NCBI GenBank assembly: GCA_016703025.1
Contig: JADJCV010000004.1
Location: 1,775,412 to 1,839,411 of the forward strand
DNA: 64,000 nucleotides
Direction: 5' to 3'
DNA from: Candidatus Avedoeria danica
Lineage (GTDB): Bacteria; Chloroflexota; Anaerolineae; Epilineales; Epilineaceae
Numbering within the stretch: the first letter of the stretch is position 1; every line of letters starts with the position of its first letter. Under the pieces are notes generated by a model, which was given only the letters and a program-made list of their open reading frames with translations, made no database searches and was not told the DNA's origin. This document shows positions 60,972-64,000 of the stretch, in pieces. Both the position numbers and the translations under genes were made by a program.

Positions 60972-61973
60972 ATGCTGTCCTACATCGTCCGCCGCGTCCT
61001 CGCCGTCGTCCCGGTTCTCATCGGGATCTCGTTCCTGACGTTCGCGCTCCTGCACGTGATCGGCAACCCGTGCGTTGCGCTCCTCGGCGATCACTTCACG
61101 CCGGACGCATGCGCGGACATCCGTCTGCGCTATCGACTCGACGATCCGCTGCCCGTCCGCTATGCCCACTTCGTCGGACGGATGCTGCACGGCGACCTCG
61201 GCAACTCGATCACGACGAAGCGCCCCGTCGTCGCCGAACTGGCCGAGAAGCTCCCAGCGACGTTCGAGCTCGCGCTAGCCGCCATCGTGCTGGCCGTCCT
61301 CGCCGGGATACCGCTCGGCATCGTGGCCGCCGCGCGCCACAACTCGGCCATCGACGTCGGCGCGATGGTCTGGGCGATGCTCGGCGTCTCGATGCCGGTG
61401 TTCTGGCTCGGCCTCATGCTGATCTACGTCTTCGCCTTCCAGCTCGGCTGGTTCCCGAGCCTCGGCCGGCTGCCGTCGGGGCTCACGATCCCGCGCTGGA
61501 GCGGGATGTACACGCTCGATGCGCTTCGCACCGGCGACATGCAGGCTTTCAAGATCGTGCTCCAACACCTCGCGCTCCCCGCGTTCGCCCTCTCCACGAT
61601 CCCGGCGGCATTCATCGCCCGCATCACGCGCTCGAGCATGCTCGAGGTGCTCGGTCAGGATTACATCCGGACGGCACGGGCCAAAGGCGTGACGGAGCGG
61701 GCGGTTGTGGCCCGCCATGCGCTGAAGAATGCGCTCCTGCCGCTCGTCACCGTCATCGGCCTCCAGACCGGGGCGCTGCTCTCGGGCGCCGTGCTGACCG
61801 AGACGATCTTCGCCTGGAACGGCGTCGGCCGCTGGACGGTCGATGCGATCACCGGCAGTGATTACCCGGTCGTCCAGGCCGGCGTGCTCGTGTTCGCGGT
61901 GACGTTCGTGTTCATCAACCTCATCGTCGACCTGTCCTACGTCTGGCTCGACCCGCGCATCCGCTACGAATGA
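60972..61973 (+). CDS. ABC transporter permease (DppB/OppB-like)
   Basis: MLSYIVRRVLAVVPVLIGISFLTF.. and an EAA-like loop ..YIRTARAKGVTERAVVARHALKNA.. Confidence 0.85.
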   Translation: MLSYIVRRVLAVVPVLIGISFLTFALLHVIGNPCVALLGDHFTPDACADIRLRYRLDDPLPVRYAHFVGRMLHGDLGNSITTKRPVVAELAEKLPATFELALAAIVLAVLAGIPLGIVAAARHNSAIDVGAMVWAMLGVSMPVFWLGLMLIYVFAFQLGWFPSLGRLPSGLTIPRWSGMYTLDALRTGDMQAFKIVLQHLALPAFALSTIPAAFIARITRSSMLEVLGQDYIRTARAKGVTERAVVARHALKNALLPLVTVIGLQTGALLSGAVLTETIFAWNGVGRWTVDAITGSDYPVVQAGVLVFAVTFVFINLIVDLSYVWLDPRIRYE

Positions 61974-62878
61974 GCGCCCTCGACCTGGCGCTGCCGCCGC
62001 GCCCAGCACCCGCCCGCTCCCCGCTGCGCGACGCGATGCGCCGCGTCCGGGCCAGCCGCCTTGCGGTGGCCGGCCTTGGCATCATCGGCTTCCTGACCTT
62101 ATGCGCCATCGCCGCACCGTGGATCTCGATCCAGCACCCGGACGCCGACGGCATCTGGTCGGCCTTCATGCGCGACGCCAAGCAGCCGCCGTCGCTCCGA
62201 CACTGGATGGGGACGGACAAGCTGGGACGCGATCTGGCCAGCCGCATCGTCTACGGCGCCCGCACGTCGCTGCTCATCGGCGTGACGAGCGTCTCGCTTG
62301 CGATCGCCGTCGGCGCGGCGCTCGGCGCGGTGGCGGGCTTCTTCGGTCGCTGGGTGGATGCGGTGATCATGCGCCTGATGGACGTCATGCTCGCGTTCCC
62401 AAGCCTCTTGCTGGCGCTCGGGATCGTGGCGCTGACCGGCCCGCGCCTGCTGAACGCCATGCTGGCCGTGGGCATCGTCTCGATCCCGACATATGCGCGG
62501 ATCGTTCGGGCCAGCGTTCTGGCCGAGGTTGGCAAGGACTACGTGACGGCCAGCCGGGCACTGGGCGCGAGCCCGATGCGCCTCCTGCTCCACCATGTCA
62601 TGCCCAACGCGCTGGCGCCGCTCATCGTCGCTGCAAGCCTCGGCATCGGCACCGCCATCCTCGAGGCCGCCGGCCTCGGGTTCCTCGGCCTCGGCGCCCA
62701 GCCGCCCCTCGCGGAATGGGGGCTGATGCTCGCGGACAACCGCCAGAGCATGACCAGCTTCTGGTGGCTCGTCACATGCCCCGGCGTCGCGATCATGCTC
62801 ACCGTCCTCGGATTCAACTTGCTGGGCGACGGCCTGCGCGACGTCCTCGACCCACGCCTGCGCGGCGGTCGACGATAG
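61970..62878 (+). CDS. ABC transporter permease (DppC/OppC-like)
   Basis: ATGA overlap with the upstream stop. ..WMGTDKLGRDLASRIVYGAR.. and an EAA-like ..YVTASRALGASPMRLLLHHVMPNA.. Confidence 0.85.
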   Translation: MSALDLALPPRPAPARSPLRDAMRRVRASRLAVAGLGIIGFLTLCAIAAPWISIQHPDADGIWSAFMRDAKQPPSLRHWMGTDKLGRDLASRIVYGARTSLLIGVTSVSLAIAVGAALGAVAGFFGRWVDAVIMRLMDVMLAFPSLLLALGIVALTGPRLLNAMLAVGIVSIPTYARIVRASVLAEVGKDYVTASRALGASPMRLLLHHVMPNALAPLIVAASLGIGTAILEAAGLGFLGLGAQPPLAEWGLMLADNRQSMTSFWWLVTCPGVAIMLTVLGFNLLGDGLRDVLDPRLRGGRR

Positions 62879-62921
62879 CCGCGCGGCCCCATCCGACCCA
62901 CCACGACCAAGGAGCGCTCTC

Positions 62922-63632
62922 GTGAACCCAACCCTGCACCCGGACACCGCGCGACGACATCCCAGCCGGCTCACCGCCGCGCTGCTCGCGCTGTGCGCCA
63001 CACCTCTGCTCATCACCGCCTGCCGCCCATCGCCGTCCGGCGATGCGGTTGGCGACGGGGCGAGCACCGCCATCACCGCCACGCTCGGCGCCGATGCCTC
63101 CGGCAGCATCACTCCGCCGGCCGGCGCCGCCGCGACGGGTGCCGTGACGTCGACCGCGGCCGCCATGCCGACGACGGCCGAACACCTGACCGCCGAAGAC
63201 GAGGCGGCCATGATCTCGCTCATCCGCACGCTGTTCGGTCCGGTGACGGGCTCCGCCGAGCCCGACATGCAGGACACGATCGTCCGCCAGATCTCCACCA
63301 TTCAGCTGCGGGCGCTGCGCGGCGAGGAAGGGCCGACGGCAGGCGTCTACGGCTATTCGGCCGGGCTCGTTTGGATCGTCGGCTTCAAGACGTCGGCGCC
63401 GCTGACGCTCTCGACGTTTGCGGCCGACGAGTCGACGCTGATCGACCTGAAGGACCTCGGCCCGACGGCATCGCTGGCGGGGCCGGACGGCAAGACGAGC
63501 GTCTACTACATCGTCTCGACCCAAAGCGTCGAGGGTGACCGTCGGTTCGTGCCGATGAGCCAGGGCGTGCTGGTGGAAGGCAAGTCGAAGTGGACGCTGG
63601 ACGATCTCGCCAAGCTGCCCGCTACGCCGTGA
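62922..63632 (+). CDS. Lipoprotein of unknown function
   Basis: GTG start. ..LLALCATPLLITAC lipobox. Thr/Ala-rich linker, then a globular domain. Confidence 0.5.
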   Translation: MNPTLHPDTARRHPSRLTAALLALCATPLLITACRPSPSGDAVGDGASTAITATLGADASGSITPPAGAAATGAVTSTAAAMPTTAEHLTAEDEAAMISLIRTLFGPVTGSAEPDMQDTIVRQISTIQLRALRGEEGPTAGVYGYSAGLVWIVGFKTSAPLTLSTFAADESTLIDLKDLGPTASLAGPDGKTSVYYIVSTQSVEGDRRFVPMSQGVLVEGKSKWTLDDLAKLPATP

Positions 63633-63659
63633 GGGTCGGTCGGTGCGGCGCCTGCATGC

Positions 63660-64000
63660 TCACTCGTCCCCGTCCGGCGCCGTCGGCCCTGGCCGCCGTG
63701 GCCGGCTCCGCCGCGTCGGGTGGGGGCTGGCCGGCTCGTCGCCGGACTCCCGCCGCCGCGCGCTGAACGCGGCCAGCCGGGCCTCGACCGCCGCGTTGGC
63801 GGTGCCGTCCGGGTAACGGCCGTCGGCCGCGCGTTCGCCGGCCGGCAGACCGGTCAGGAGCGACAGACCGGAATCGACGTGATCGACGGTCCACACGTGG
63901 AACTGACCGGCCGCGACAGCCTTGACGACGTCAGGGCGCAGCATGAGATGTTGGGCGTTGGCGGCCGGGATGGCGACACCTTGCGTGCCGGTCAGGCCAT
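63660..64000 (-). CDS. 3' fragment of a gene running off the window; C-terminus resembles Lon-like (S16) protease C-terminal regions
   Basis: ..AGQFHVWTVDHVDSGLSLLTGLPAGERAADGRYPDGTANAAVEARLAAF.. Weak, motif-level resemblance only. The N-terminus lies beyond position 64000. Confidence 0.3.
   Translation of the reverse strand, partial: GLTGTQGVAIPAANAQHLMLRPDVVKAVAAGQFHVWTVDHVDSGLSLLTGLPAGERAADGRYPDGTANAAVEARLAAFSARRRESGDEPASPHPTRRSRPRRPGPTAPDGDE

Noticed and set aside
63660-64000. Confident call of the terminal fragment as a Lon protease.
   Set aside because: Only about 95 C-terminal residues are in the window, and the similarity is at motif level. It is reported as a low-confidence partial CDS only.

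Overview
Annotation and hunt over a 64 kb, very high-GC (about 70%) bacterial chromosomal window; the ordinary-looking genes suggest a Chloroflexota- or Actinomycetota-like organism, but that is a guess from gene content only. The window is dominated by cell-envelope and housekeeping genes.

Gene content, in order:
- A lipid kinase, a Ca2+/H+ antiporter, SecG, and a family-5 ABC substrate-binding protein with an FtsB-like gene downstream.
- A long minus-strand, translationally coupled operon (ATGA overlaps throughout): RsmD, a SAM methyltransferase, a DUF2207 membrane protein, a zinc-ribbon membrane protein, a hypothetical protein, and an SPFH/YdjI-like protein. This looks like a ydjGHI-like membrane-stress module.
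- A surface-glycan-type cluster: GT4, GT2, a radical-SAM/SPASM enzyme, a second GT2, a methyltransferase, a UPF0104 flippase-like protein and a TPR lipoprotein. Beside it sit a divergent Hanks-type Ser/Thr kinase and an FHA/winged-helix regulator.
- A GH3 (NagZ-like) membrane hydrolase.
- A locus of large secreted proteins: a 1262-aa S8 subtilase fused to two CAP domains, three small paralogous secreted proteins with PEP-CTERM-like tails, and a 976-aa secreted protein that shares a repeated ~150-aa module with the subtilase and carries two SdrD-B-like domains.
- ClpC, a NarL-type two-component pair, an M32 carboxypeptidase, a caa3-type cytochrome c oxidase cluster, and a Dpp-like ABC transporter.

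Most noteworthy observations:
1. Four genes in the glycan cluster each carry one or two single-nucleotide frame changes: the secreted repeat protein, the methyltransferase, a GT2 and the rSAM/SPASM enzyme. A fifth possible case lies at 11.4-12.0 kb. Flanking genes are intact. This is either pseudogenization or localized indel errors.
2. The big secreted proteins share a repeated module and sit beside paralogs carrying an unassigned C-terminal sorting-signal variant.
3. Several contiguous short tandem arrays and palindromes built around GATC/GATCAC cores sit in promoter-proximal positions. Separately, a roughly 350-bp lower-GC noncoding island with a duplicated element and a 39-bp perfect palindrome lies just downstream of clpC.

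Not found: CRISPR arrays, transposases or integrases, or convincing tRNA/rRNA genes.

Coordinate caveat: my hand-indexing of the printed sequence disagreed with ORF-track arithmetic by +/-1 nt at a few line boundaries. CDS coordinates follow the ORF-track frames.
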